Source of the DNA: Blepharisma stoltei ATCC 30299
Taxonomy: Eukaryota; Protista; Ciliophora
Length of the DNA: 64,000 nt
Assembly (NCBI GenBank): GCA_965603825.1
Contig: CBFDEM010000030.1
Location: 248,001 to 312,000, forward strand
Direction: 5' to 3'
The notes beneath the pieces are model-generated. The model searched no databases, was not told where the DNA came from, and worked only from the letters and a program-made list of their open reading frames with translations. Position numbers and translations under genes: made by a program. Positions 1-13,508 of the stretch are shown here, piece after piece. The stretch's first letter is position 1; each line of letters starts with the position of its first letter.

Positions 1-276
1 TTAGCTGTCTTGCACATGCTGAAAATTTCCATTTTCATTATATTAGTGAAGCTTCTATTACTTCCAGATAATTTTTCATAAATTGATTTTTTGAAAAGTT
101 GATTTTCTCCTAGTCGCAAGTGTGACTTCTTAAGTAGCTTATGTTTTTGCTCATAAATGCTTTTAATAAAGCCATTGCATAATAAGCATTATTAAGCACA
201 AATTTTATGATATAAGATAAATACGAAGGGGACAGTTGCAGTTAGACCTATTTACAAATTAATTTTTGTTTAATTA

Positions 277-691
277 TTATTTAAGGCTTTCCTTCGAATA
301 ATTTCTGTAAAATTCTCTGAATTTAATCAATCCTTGATACTGTTTATAGTTTTGCTTCATTGTCAAATATTCAGCATTTTTTCGTTTGCTTAGGCGATTC
401 GCAGCTTGAATTATTCCAAAACATAGCAATACTGACAGAAAAGTCAAAACTCCTACTATCGCTAATTTATTTCTATAGAATAAATTATCATTCTCTACTT
501 CAGAAGTCCTACTGCTTAATTGAATAAAATCTAATATAAAATATACTTGGCTGGTCCTTTACAAATGAGGCTTCATTATTTGTGGAATGAAAAGATGGAC
601 TTATATTGCTTTCTATTGTGCGCTGAGAAGCTGCTTTTATAGCTGAACTGATAATTAAAAAACTCAAGATTAAGAGTGCGTGAGTTTTCAT
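277..691 (-). CDS. Small single-pass membrane protein (signal peptide + TM, ~132 aa)
   Basis: Hydrophobic N-terminus MKTHALLILSFLIISSAIKA. Removing a 16-nt GT-AG intron (531-546) opens a frame with TM LAIVGVLTFLSVLLCFGIIQAA, a basic tail and TAA at 277-279. Confidence 0.7.
531..546 (-). other. 16-nt spliceosomal intron GTATATTTTATATTAG
   Basis: GT-AG ends; removal restores a long reading frame. Confidence 0.7.
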
Positions 692-955
692 ATTTATAAA
701 AACGGATATTTACAGTTAGGAGGATAAACAATTAATTTTTAGGATAAACTTAAAGAACTCTTGTTAAAGATGTAGCTTTATAATTGGCTTAAATTATTTA
801 TTTCTGATTTAAATGAAAAAGGGCTTAGCCTTTAAAAATAAAGAAATAGTTTTCATATCTATCAATTGAACTACTATTTTAAAGAGTTATTTTCAATTTT
901 TCAGTTCTTGGATTTGATAAGGCTCTAATTCAAATATATAACTCAAATTATAAAT

Positions 956-2794
956 ATGGGGAAAAAAGAAGTCCGTGAAATCCCATGGAACCAAGTTAAA
1001 ATTGTTATTTTGATACTTTTTTCGACAAGTATAAATGCGGCAGTAATGACTAATTAGTTTACAATTCCGATTTCTGGATTTTTTATTCTTGAAACAAAAA
1101 CATCAGACGATTTAGAAGAAATTGGTTACTATTCTGGATTGCTAACTTTTGCATTTTGTTTCGGAAAACTTGTGGCGTGAAGATTTACTAACTGGGCAGC
1201 ACCTCAGTATGGCACCCACTGTATTGCTTCTTTTCTACTATTTTTTTCAGCTGTATTAACAATTTTATTTGGATTCTGCACCTCCCTTTTCATTGGGCTG
1301 ACAGTTCGATTTTTTGCAGGAATTTGCTCTACAACTCAGCTTCTCAGCAAAATTCTTTTAAGGCAGCTCTCTCAGTCCTGCATGGAAAAGTTTTATCAAG
1401 TTACTTATGTTTCCATTATAGTACAAACAATAGGAATCGGGATTGGAATTATAATCGGAGGGACAACTTCTTATATCACAATAGAAAATGATGCGAGAAT
1501 AAGTGAGTATATTAATCATCATCCTTTTCTTATCCCTAGTATTGTAACTGGGTTTATTGAATTTATTGTTTTTATTTTGGCTTCAACTCAGTTCGCGGAT
1601 AATCCTTTACCAGCTCAAAATCAGCAAAAGCCAAACCCTGTCACACAGCCTAAAAAAGAACAAAAGAATACAGGAAAATATGTAGAGCTTGAAGAAACAA
1701 AAAAGAATGAAGAAGCGAAAGATGAGGGTCCTATTACTGAAAGAAAAGAAAATCCTAATGAAGAGGAGGAAGAAGAAGAAGAGGAAGACCTGCCAAGCTA
1801 TTTGCAAGTTTCAGGAATCGACTTAATGCTTGCAAACTCAGAAGAGCCAAAATCCTCAAGTCGTCATGGTATTCATTATTTTTCTCCGAGAAACCCTGTA
1901 AAAAACACTGAGAATGGTAAATGGCCTATGAGTGCTCGAGGAGGAGAAGTTGGAAAAGTTTTCCATATTGATAATGAAGGTGGAGAATCAGCTAGAGAAA
2001 GAGAAGAGCCAGAAAATAGTGAACCAGAGCGAGCTGGGCCGGTCCAAAATGTTAAACATACCCATATTTCTTTTGTTGAAGAGGATTTCGAAGGGCAAAC
2101 TGAAGAGGATACTCATCCTCAGCAGCCTGTACAAAATATTTCTCTAGAAGATCGGTTTAAAAGAGATTTTGACTATCTATGGAACAGCAAAGCACCTAAG
2201 TATGCATTGACACATCTAGCGATTTTTTCTATATGCTTTTCTGCAGTGGAAGAATTTTTCACTGTGTGGTTTATGATAAAATTCGGAATGAAAAATATTG
2301 AAATTGGGGTAATTTTAGGGACGTCTTATATAATAGGGTACACTCTACATATCTATGCAATGCCTAAATTACTTGAGTCAGTGCCTCTATGAAAAACTAT
2401 TAGAGGAATATCATATATTATGATTGGATTATTAATGGGTTTTGTCCCTATAAACTATGCGATTATGCCTTTGGGAATTTTTGTGGCACTTATAATAGTT
2501 ATATCGATTTTCAAGTTTTTCTCATCAATTTTACTTACCTCTTCTTGACTATTTGTAAGTGACTCTGTAAATATACATAATAGAGAAGCTCTAGAAATTT
2601 ATGCAGATGAAATTGCCTTGTTTTGTAAGATTTTAGGGAGCATAATTGGCCCACTGATGCTTTCAGCGTTTATTGATGCAGCAGTCCCTATTCCTCTGAT
2701 AATGTGCGTAGCTTTTATTTGTGTTTCATGGCTATTATCGATTTTAAGCTTCAGTCATTTTCCAAGATTCAATGTTTACCCGTATAGAGTGTAA
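956..2794 (+). CDS. MFS transporter (ZIFL-like) with long acidic central loop
   Basis: ATG 956, 15-nt intron, TGA=Trp. Multiple TM helices in two halves, IGYYSGLLTFAFCFG motif, TAA 2792-2794. Confidence 0.75.
1043..1057 (+). other. 15-nt intron GTAATGACTAATTAG
   Basis: GT-AG, with an in-frame TAG inside an otherwise open frame. Confidence 0.85.
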
Positions 2795-2959
2795 ATTAAA
2801 GTAGTTCTAAATATATGAAAATAACAATAATAAATCCTCAATTTTTTAACTATATTTTAAAAATCATTAATGAATATTATTATTTAGCAAGTATGCTTAG
2901 GTTTTCATATGCTTTTAAAGAGTTTCTATTAAATATGATTATAAATATAACGACTCCTA

Positions 2960-4510
2960 ATGCGTATTCGTGAGCAATATACCAAATGACCAGTTTCCAC
3001 ACAGCTTGTCAGTACTTTTATTACATCTTCTCTGATTCTTGTAGGGATTCTTATCATTATAACTATATTTCAGCTAGACTGACTAAGAAATACCACGATT
3101 TCCAGCACAAGAACTGTAATACATCATAATACAAGAAAGCACCTCTCAAATCTTGGCTGGGACGAAGCTAATTTTACTTCTTTGTCCTTTAATTCATTCA
3201 TCAACTATATAAACTATCAAAAAAATCTTGACGAATTGATGCTTGGTTTTGGCTCAAGCTCTCCACCTATCAAAAGTGATGATCCTATATGGGATGACGC
3301 TATTCCTGATACCATCACAGAAACCATAAATGGGACAGCTTATACTTATGAATCTGGAGTTTTCTTTTCCAAATATAAAGACTCTTTAAGCTCAGCTGGC
3401 GAAACTCTTGTAAATTTAGAAGCAGCAATGGACAAGTTCTACCCTTTAATATTTCGAGAATATTTTACCCTCATTTATTCAGGCTTTGAGACAGATGAAA
3501 TTCTTCATTATTATCCAGGGTATAAATCAACTGATAGAACTTATTCTCCCCTCGTAAATGAATGATATTATAAAGCAAAAGATCACCCTGATAGTGTAAT
3601 TATAACAGAGCCATATCAAGGAACCACTGAAGGGACTTGAATGATTACTATATCCCAAGCAATTCTAGACAGTTCTGATAACTTTTATGGAGTAACAGCT
3701 GTTGATATAACATTGAATAATATAATGTCAAGGCTAAATAGCGTTGTGATTTTAGATAGCGGATTTATATTGCTAATCACAGCAGGAGAAGGGTTTGTGC
3801 TTAGCCGCCCGAAGAGCTGGATGATATTAGGGGAAGAATTGAAAATTTATGATAAAGACAAGACAGGGATTTCACAAAAAAAGTGATGGAAATTAACAAA
3901 CGAAACATATGGAGATCTATTGGAATTCACAGGCCCAAATTCAACTGATTATTATGCCACTCTTCACCCAGTAAGGCCATATAATGATATACAAAATATC
4001 ACTCATTGAATAATGGTTTGTGCAATAAAATCCGAAGTAGATAAGCCTGTTGATGACATGCGCGATGATTTTAGCGATACCTATGTAGAAATTTTTTGGA
4101 TTGTAATCAGTATTGCAATTGCTACTTTTATCTTAATTTCGATACTTTTATTGTTTGCTGCTGAAAAAGTAGCAACCCCGCTCCAACTACTAAATAGCAT
4201 TATTTTAAAAATATCTTCAAGATCTTTATACCCTAAAATTCTCAAAGGAACAAGTCTTGCAGGGCTAAATAAATACACGGAGTATATGGAAGGACTGATT
4301 AATGCATTTATTAAAAAAATTAAAAGGATTGATGAAAAAGAAAAAAAATTCGACAAGTTTGTGTGGGGCACAACCAGGCCGAATGACCATTTTTTGTTTA
4401 ACGAGTGGAAAGATAAGCTTTATCCTTTTAATATATACAAGGATAAGGAAATGTCGTGGAGATCAACAATTCCTAGCCTTGTAAAAGTTTCTATTATGAG
4501 CAAGACTTAG
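2960..4510 (+). CDS. TM-dCache-TM(-HAMP-like) sensor protein
   Basis: One frame with TGA=Trp. YSPLVNE(W)YYKA...ITEPYQG...ITISQAI...GVTAVDI is the Cache-domain pattern; flanked by two TM helices. Confidence 0.8.
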
Positions 4511-4552
4511 GATAAATCTATTATTTATATTTTCTAGTTATAAATTTGTGTA

Positions 4553-7500
4553 TTATTCTTTTTTTGATAGTTCTTCCAAATTTTTTTCATAATTTTTGAT
4601 ATTTTCATTTACATTTTCTATGCAAAAATTGATTTCAGGGCTGAGTCAAAGCCCTACACAATCCCATAGTGGCTTGGCAACGACTTTGAGGAAACCAATT
4701 TCATTTTTATAATAAATTAAAGGCTGGTTAATATCTTTCATATGCTCCGTCAATGGCAGACAATTTGCCACTTCCTCTCTATACTGCTTATAAAATTCCT
4801 CACATACAAGTTTTGACCACATTGTATAAGTTTGATTATTTTTAGCACTATGAGCTAAATCTGCCACATGAATTATAAATGCGGCAGTTTTTTCGCAGTC
4901 ATCGTCAATAGATCCTAAAGGCCTCTCATTCAGATCTTTAAACCTATTACTCATATTAGAAATCATATTAAAATGTATGGCCATATCAGTATCCAATATA
5001 CATCTTATCATTAATTTTCTGACCCCTTTTAGCATATTTGTCGGGACCCCTTCAAGGATATTACAAGAGTCATTTTGTAATATATGAAAAGTTAAGGCAG
5101 AGTGATGGTTTTCTAAGACTGACTTATCATTATAGGTAATCGCATATTGACTCGCCCTATTTATTTCGAAATTGTTGGTATGGCCTGTATGACCAATATC
5201 GTGGCATAGAGCAGCTATTAGCTGTGCGTAAATTTCTTGAGTTTTGAAGACCAAACCTGCTGCAGTGGCTGACAATAAGTAATAGCTTGAATGCATGACT
5301 GTAAAGCCATGGTAAAAGTTGTGGTAAGGATTGGTATAAGTCTGATAATTCTCTTCTACTTTTGATACAAAGTTTGCCAGCCTAGCATGTTTTATATCAA
5401 AGATATTGATTAAATCAAAGTTTTGTAGCATAGCTTTGATATAAATTAGATGGCAGCTTATATCAAAAGCATTGAGGTTCCAGTTTCTAAGTTCTTCTAG
5501 TTCTGATGCCAGCTCTCCATCTTTATCTCCACTATACTTTCTTTCTCTAATAACAGGACTTCTTAGCCCTCCTTGCTCACTAGTATCAGTGTATTCATTA
5601 ATAATGCTTATAAGCTCATTTCCTTTTGAATGCATATCGATAGGTATCTTTATTTCAGTGCGATTGAGGTTTCCTTGCTTTAATGTGTTTATTACATCAA
5701 TTACTTGTAAATAAGTATCTGAGTTGTGGTCGAAATCTTGGGATATTATTGAAAGCTTTTGGATGCATTTTTGTAGCGATGTTTCAGCTTGAACTGAGCT
5801 TGTAAGGACGTCTAATTGGTTTTGCATGGCTGCGAGCTTAGAGTTTAGCTCTTCAATCGCTGTGGCATCTTCTAGAATTATAACAACACCTGAAGTTTCT
5901 AAAGTAATAAAATCTTGTAAAGGAACTAGTGTATAATTAAAAGGCAAGGAGTCTTCTCCTGCAATTATAAGCTCTTCTCCGCTTCCTACATGATATTTAT
6001 GTGGATTTTTTATCAGTCTCTGTGATTTTTTGTATATTTTTTTCTTGGGATTTTGAAATATTGCATTGATGTCGAGAACTAGCTGTCTATTATGCTTTAG
6101 CCATGAAATATAGCTTGAATTCTTCGCAGTTGCTTCAGTGATTCCTAAAATCTCTTCAAATGATCTGTTATTATAATAAAGTTTTCCACTACCATCTACA
6201 ACTAATATATAATTCCCAAGGCTATTTAATATATTTATAAGCCTTGTCCTTTCTTCGATATTTTTATCAAATAATTTTCAGCCTTGCAAAACAACGCCTA
6301 CAAGCTCGGCAAAAATTTCCAAAATGTCTTCATCATTTTGGTCAAAAATCCCTTCATTTTTGTTTAACATCTGGAGGACTGCGATTGTCTCACCATTGCA
6401 GTCTAATACAGGCATACATAGAATATCGTGAGTACGATAGCCAGTGAGATCGTCAATTTCATGATTAAAACGGAAATCTTGATAAGCGTCACATATAATT
6501 TCTGTTAGGCCGGTTTGGGCGACATAGCCTGCTATTCCTTTGCCTAGAGGGACTTCGAAGTTTGTAGGGATTTCTTGTTCTGAGCCTTGGACTTTGACGA
6601 CTAAAGAATTCCCTTCACGAATATAAACAGTAGCTCGGTCACAGTCAAGTAGCTTTTGAGAAGCGTCACGAATTGTGCTGATAATTGAATAAGTGTTGAT
6701 ACTTGTAGCATGATGCCGAATTAAATGCCGGAGTTTGGTGACATCGTGGCTTTTTTCGTTTTTATCACTTTTCAAAGCTTTAAAAACTACCCTAGCAACT
6801 TCTCCTATAATATTCTTGTCTTCCTTAGTAAAGTTGCTGAAAAATGTCCAAGTTTCATCTTTTTTATTTCATACTTCAATTACAAATGCATTTTCATTTG
6901 AAACATAAGGAACCATCATCATATTTTCTCTTCCATACTCCTTAACAAACATCAATGCTTTACCTGTTTTAATCGAATTTTCATACAAGGCTTGCATCTC
7001 TGCTGACAAAGAGCAGCTAGTTTTTCCTTGTGCTATTGAATACTCATAAATTACTCCATCATTTTTGTAATAACCATTCACCCCTTCACAATAAATTAAA
7101 GCTTTGATTATTTCTAATGACGAAATAACCAAAATATCAACGCCATTCTCAGTAGCTAGCCTTTGGAGTATATTTTTAGCTAAAAGGTGATTGCTCTGCG
7201 CAAAGTTGGAAACTGCAAAAACCTGCTTGCATCATTGTTGCAAGAGTTTATTTTTTTCTCCTTCTTTTACAATAGTTTTCCAGTCAGATTGCGGAGGGTC
7301 ACTAATTTTTATATTAAAATTATCATGCTCGATTGTTATAGGGTTGGGCCTTCTATGTCTATGTGACTTTGACAATTGGTCTTTTTCATTATTTGAAATT
7401 ATTAGTTCATCTGAGACTTGATTTTCTTTTTTCCTAGAATTTACTAGTTCAAAGACCATCATACCAACTGATTGGACTATAAGCGCATCATTCGACGTAA

Positions 7501-8032
7501 AATTAGTTATCAGGCCCAAAGGATCAATTTTGTTGCATAACACTACCACTCCATATACTTCAGTTTTATCAGCATTGGAAATAGGAACTGCACAGATGCT
7601 TTGTAAGTTTTCATCAGAGTTTATTCAGTCTCTCCCTGGCAATCAATTTTCAGTAAAGCTTGCATAAAAACTTGATTTCTGAGGGTCGTTTATAATTTGA
7701 TATAGGTTGGTGTCTGCCACAAAGCCAGGGAGATTTTTTGAATTGATTTCCAGGAATTCAAAATTTTCTTTATTTCCTGAAAATTTCAGCCTGCTTTTCT
7801 CTTTTATAAAGACTTCGACTCTTGAGGAAGAAGTTAAGGCTTTGCATGTTGATTTTATTGAGGGTTCAAGGTCAATTGGGGAGATGGCATCTAGTTGAAA
7901 AATTTTGGAAATTTGTTTAGCACAGTGGTATAAAAGGTCACCTACTCCAGCAGGAACAAGAATTAAGGCTTTTTCTTCGAGCTCTGCTTCATTAAAGTCA
8001 GATAGGTTTCTTTTAGGGTTTTGAGGGTTCAT
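4553..8032 (-). CDS. GAF/PAS-containing class I 3',5'-cyclic nucleotide phosphodiesterase
   Basis: Five ORF fragments in one frame joined by TGA. GAF (GKGIAGYVA, FNHEID), PAS-like segment, PDE motifs YHNFYH, HDIGHTG, LENHH, TDM, ADL. Confidence 0.92.
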
Positions 8033-8206
8033 TTAATTTAAGGAATATATATTTATATAAAAGTAAAAGTGATCAGTTTTATTATCAAAATTAAAAAAAT
8101 CCATTTATAAATTTAATAGCTAGAAGCCTGCTTTAATAGGAATTCTTAAAGAGTATTAATATAAGAAGTTGAAAGATATAATTTTTATAAATCAAATCAA
8201 ACAAAA

Positions 8207-9172
8207 ATGATTTATCACTATTTTTTATTGTTGATTCTTTCAAGTTTAATTGCAAATGCGCAGAAGGCAATAGATCTCTCAGCAGCTAACTTTGATGAAT
8301 TTGTAATAAACTCTCAAGAAGTATGGATGATTTTGTTTTATAGCTCAGAAGATAATCGAAGTAAAAATTATCCTCCTGTATTCAAAAAGTCTGCCGTGAA
8401 ACTTGAAGGACTAGCACAATATGGAATGGTTAATATAGCCCAAGAGGTATCTCTTAGTGAGAGGTTTGGTATTTCTAAACTGCCTGCTATTAAAATGTTT
8501 GGAGCTGAAAAATCAAATCCTATAGATTTTAATCAGTCGCCGAATTTTCAGTCTATAACAGATTTTGCGAATTCTCGCGCACCAATGGAAAAAGAAAAAA
8601 TTGCTAATTGAAGAAGCTGTACTTCTCAAAGCGGCCAAGAATCCAAATCATGTGAATATAAAACTTTAAATCCTCCTCCTCCTCCACCTCCACAAACAAC
8701 TAGCAAATCATCTTCTAAACCTTCTGAAGTAGTTCATTATACTCAAGAATGATCGCAGCCACAGCAAGCACAGATTTTGCAATTAACTTCTCAAAGAATT
8801 TTAGATTCAAGCTGCAGAGAATGAATTTGCATTATTTTATTTGTGCCAAAGCTCAATAGCAGCTTAAAAGAAATTGAAAAATATTTAGGGATTTTAAACG
8901 ATTTAAAAGATATCCCTAAAGACAAAAATGTTAATTTTTTATGGGCACAAGGAGGAGATTTTTCCGAGTTTGAAAATGTATTCGGGACAAGTGAAATTTA
9001 CCCTTCAATTGTTGGCATGAGAATGAAAAAGCAGAAGTTTACGTTGTTTAATGGCAGGTTTGAAAGGAATCGTGTTTCGAGATTTTATGGGAAACTAATT
9101 CGAGGTGGCATAGAAATCAAAGATTATAGCAGTCTTCCAGTCTTAAATGAAGTTAAAAAATGGACACAATAG
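8207..9172 (+). CDS. PDIA6-like thioredoxin-fold secretory protein lacking CxxC
   Basis: Signal peptide, thioredoxin a-type domain (NFDEFV..WMILFY), Pro-rich linker, b-type domain (NFLWAQGG). TGA=Trp joins the fragments. Confidence 0.75.
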
Positions 9173-9486
9173 ATACTATTAATATTCAATGACATAATTT
9201 TATGACTAACAATATAGTTATTTAGCTTTAATAGATAAAATGCTCATATAAAGAGTAAGACAAAAAAATCATGGTACTTATCTAAAGTAATACATAAATA
9301 GAATTGATTAAAATAAATGTTTTATTAATTCAAATAGCATTTGATAATCAAAGTATATAAAGAAAACCAAAAATAATGGTCTAAACTCACAACGGTATAC
9401 TGAATTCACTTGAGAAATATTTTTTAGTTAACCCTGCACTCTAGCCTTTTAAATTATTGAAACTGATAAAATATTAAAAATCTTAC

Positions 9487-11145
9487 ATGGGAGATAATCG
9501 TTTAACAACTCCAAATTGCCATCGAACTAACCGTGTAGACAAGAAAAATATCGTAAGAGATTATTTGGACTTTTTAAAGAAACCTAAATACAGATCACGA
9601 ATGGTCAGTCCTTCTGGTAATTCTAAGAGAAGTCCTATATCAAGTCGCTCACCTAAAATCAGATGCTCTGTAGAGCCGAACATTTTTCGAGATCCCAACC
9701 ACGAATACGCCAATAAATTCACAAAATTCATAAAAAACGCTTTAAACAATATTTCCTCTCGCAGAGAATCTCCTATTGAAGAAAAGTTAAAATCAAAAAC
9801 TCCAGTGGAAATCAAAATAACTACAAAACCAGGACACAGAAGAAATAAATCAGAAGTACCAAGTTCAGACCAAAATAATTTCATAAATCCTTATTCAATT
9901 AAAGGAAAACAAAACGATAAAATTTCCCCCAAAAATACATCCCAGGACTGTGTTAGTGATAAATTTTTCAATGATTCTCAAGAAAAAACTTTGAAAAATG
10001 GGTTTATAAGAAATGACTTACCCAATTCAAACGCAAGCTTAGGATCAAGCTTTGAAAGAGTTGAAATCTCGAAGCTAGAGGCTGAAGAAAAAGAAAGAGA
10101 AAATTTAATTCAAACGATTTTTACAAATTTCAGAAGAAAAGGCTTACCGCCAGCTACTTCTGTAGACTTTTATCAGCTTGGTATCCAAATAGGTAAAGGT
10201 GCTTTTGGCAAAGTTTATTCAGGAATCCATAAATTAACTGGACTTAAAGTAGCAATCAAAATTTTCGATAAATCCCATATAAAAGATGAAAGAATTCGGC
10301 GGAAAGTTTTCCAAGAAGTTTTCGTAATGAAAAGAGTTAAGCATAGAAATGTTATTCGATTATTAGAAGTTTTCGAATCAAAAAGGCATTTAATGATTGT
10401 GATGGAATACTCTGGAGGTGGAGATTTATTACAATTTGTTAAATCCAAAGGCAGACTGACTGAAACAGAGGCCAAAAAAATTTTTAGCCAAGTTATAGAT
10501 GCGGTTAAGGCTTGTCATCAAAAAAATGTGATTCATAGAGATGTAAAATTAGACAATATTTTGCTGTCAGCTGATTTAACATTAGCAAAGTTATGTGATT
10601 TTGGGGTCAGCCGAATTGTAAAACCTAGTGAAAAAATAAATGAGCAGTGCGGAACACCTGCATATTTACCTCCAGAAATTATTGCTGACCATGAGTATGA
10701 GCCTTTTTATGTTGATCTCTGAAGCATGGGAGTTTTATTATATGCCATGCTCTGTGGTACAGTCCCTTTTAAAGCAAAAACAATGCAAGACCTACACAAA
10801 TTAATTTTGCGCTGTAAATATACCATGCCTGCACATGTATCTTTGGAAGCCCAAGATTTAATAGCAAAAATGTTAAACCCCATCCCACATTTACGAATTT
10901 CTTTAGAAGAAATGAAAAATCATCAATGGTTTGCTATCCAAGAGTCAGATGACTGGTATGAAAATCATTCATTGCCAAGGTTCTCAGGTACCTCTGCACA
11001 TCCACATAAGGTTGATGAAAACAAAATATATAAAAAACTGCTAGATTTTGGCTTTCCACAAGAATACGTAATTCAAAGCATGAAATTTAATGACATAAAC
11101 CATGCTACTGCTACATATCAACTTTTAGAACTTAATCAGATGTAA
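9487..11145 (+). CDS. CAMK/AMPK-MARK-like Ser/Thr kinase with C-terminal UBA-like segment
   Basis: GKGAFG, VAIK, HRDVKLDN, DFG, GTPAY. The invariant DxWSxG is encoded DL-TGA-SMG (10720-10722). Confidence 0.95.
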
Positions 11146-11158
11146 TATAAACAATTTT

Positions 11159-13021
11159 TTAATTAACTCTCTGGCGAGTTGGTGACGTTCTTGATCTGCT
11201 TTTCACGTTTATTCTTCCTCCGAAAAATCTTGCACTATTGTGGATTGCTAGCTCTATTTCTGTTGATAGTGCTGGAGGCAAAATCACTGCTTGTCTATAC
11301 TTAATAAGTACGTCCAGTAAGCCCCTCATTTCATTTTTCATCTCAAGTTGGATTTCTGCACTTTTTTCTTCAGCCATCACCCACTTAAGTTTGGCTTCTT
11401 TAAGCCCTAGTAATAGTTTTTCATTTTCAATCAGCGCAGCTGCTTTTTGATTTTTTATTTTTCCTAGACTTATTTTTAAATGGCTGATTTGTTTTTCAAG
11501 CTCTTCAATTTTATCAAGCTGGGTATCATTATTTATTTGGCTAGTATCTGAGGATGAGTCTATTTCAAGTTTGCAGTTTAAAATATGGTCGTGAAATGAT
11601 CCTGTGGGCAGAATTTTCCTACAAAATTCGCATTCCATTGATTTTGAGCAGTTGATCATCCTTTGCAACTTTCCATAATTTTGAAAATCTTCTGACATAG
11701 CATTGTTGTTGATCTTATTATCAGATAATTCTTCTTTGCAAGGAATAAGCACTGACTCAGTCAAATCTTCTTTAGGGGTTGTTGTATTTGAACGAAAATG
11801 TTTGCTTCTTGGGGAATAAACTGGCGGTTTTGTTGTAGAAGAGCTCATTTCACATCTTAAGTCGCCAATTTGTTTTTTAATCTTGTAGAGCTCAGTTTCT
11901 TTTATTATCAACTGCTCTGTAAGTTCATCCCGCTGCTTGATTAAGTATTGATAATCAGTAGTTTTTTCATCTTTGGCTTTGAATCGGATTATTCTTTTGA
12001 GTTTATCGATTTCGTCGTCGCGTTCTCTTACTTGTTGTCGAAGCTTGTCCTCATTGTATTCTAGCGTTTTTATAACTTTTTGGAAACAGATTAGCTGTGA
12101 GCGGAGTTTTTTGATTTCTTCTCGAGTGCATTCTGCAAATTTTAAGAGGTCTTGGCTTTCGTCAACAGATTTTATAGGAGAACAATCTGGAGATTTATTT
12201 AATTGCTCTCTGACATGCTGTACTAAATTGGTTAGCTCACCTTTCCATTTACCCACAATTTCTCCTGCTTCTTCTCTCGCTCTTCTCAACTCTTCCATCT
12301 GGTAAGTGCTTTCATCAATGACTTCTTCAAGCCTTTGCCCTAATGTCTGATTGTTTTTTGCTTGAATTTCTGCTTCGATTTTTTCCCTTTGTAAGCTCAA
12401 TTCTTGGCTAAGTTTTTGGCATTGTTTTTCTAAATTTATCTTTTCTTGGTCATAAATTTCTTTTAATTCTTGTATATGTTTTTGGGCCTGTTCTCGAGAT
12501 TTTTTTATATCTTCTTCGGATTCTTCTTTTACCCTATCAATTTCTTTTCTCAGGTTTTCATTTTCCTTAATAAGCCTATCGTTTACTCTATTATCTGGCT
12601 TTACGCATATTTCTTTCAATTTTCCTTCAATTTCTCTTTTTTGGAAGGCTAAACTGCAATTTTCTTGTTTTAACTGCAAAATTACTTCATCATATTCGCT
12701 TTTCTGGTCTTTAAACGCCTTTTCTAATTCGTAATTTTTTTCTTTGTAATCTTTTAGCTTTTCTTCTAAAGCATTGATTTTTTGTTTATGTTTGGCTTTC
12801 ATAGCTTGAATTTGGGTTTGGTACTGAGATTCAACTTTTTGCAGTTCTTCTGAAGCTTTATTCTAAATAGAAATTACAGATAAAATTTGGTCTGTGTCTG
12901 ATGTCAAACTTTTGATCATTGACTCATACATGCTTTTTTGCTGTTGTTCTTTGGCTTTTAAATCGTCAAGTTCCATCTGTAGAAATTCGAGTTTTTGTTT
13001 AAGTAATAGAGGGTCTTCCAT
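11159..13021 (-). CDS. Long coiled-coil protein with C2HC zinc finger
   Basis: ATG 13021, 15-nt intron 12863-12877, heptad-rich sequence, CEFC...HILNC. Confidence 0.75.
12863..12877 (-). other. 15-nt intron GTAATTTCTATTTAG
   Basis: GT-AG with in-frame TAG. Confidence 0.85.
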
Positions 13022-13508
13022 AGGCTGTTAATTATTAGTGATTATTTAGATTATAAACATAAAAATTCATTAAGTGATAATTTCCGTTAAGTGAATTTTG
13101 TATCATATTAAAATGCTGGGGAAAACTGATTAGCGAGCACTTATGTACCCAAAATTCATTTATAACATGAAGATTTGCTATAGCATTCAACAAAATTTAT
13201 ATTTAAAATTATAATTCTAAAGATTCACGCATTACAAATGATGATTTAATAAAAAGGAAGCTATGCATATCTTGATTTATATTTATTTTATTTACAGCAA
13301 AATTTAAATATTTTTATAAATAATAGTTGAATTTTAAAATTGCGCATAGTTTTCGATATGATTAATGCATAAGTATTATTTCAGTTTAATAATTCATGGC
13401 CCTATCTTAATTATCAATATAATTGAAATAATAATTATATTTTAATTAAATTTCCTTCAATCCTTTTCTGCATTATGATAAATTCCAAAATTTTAAAATA
13501 AAATATTA

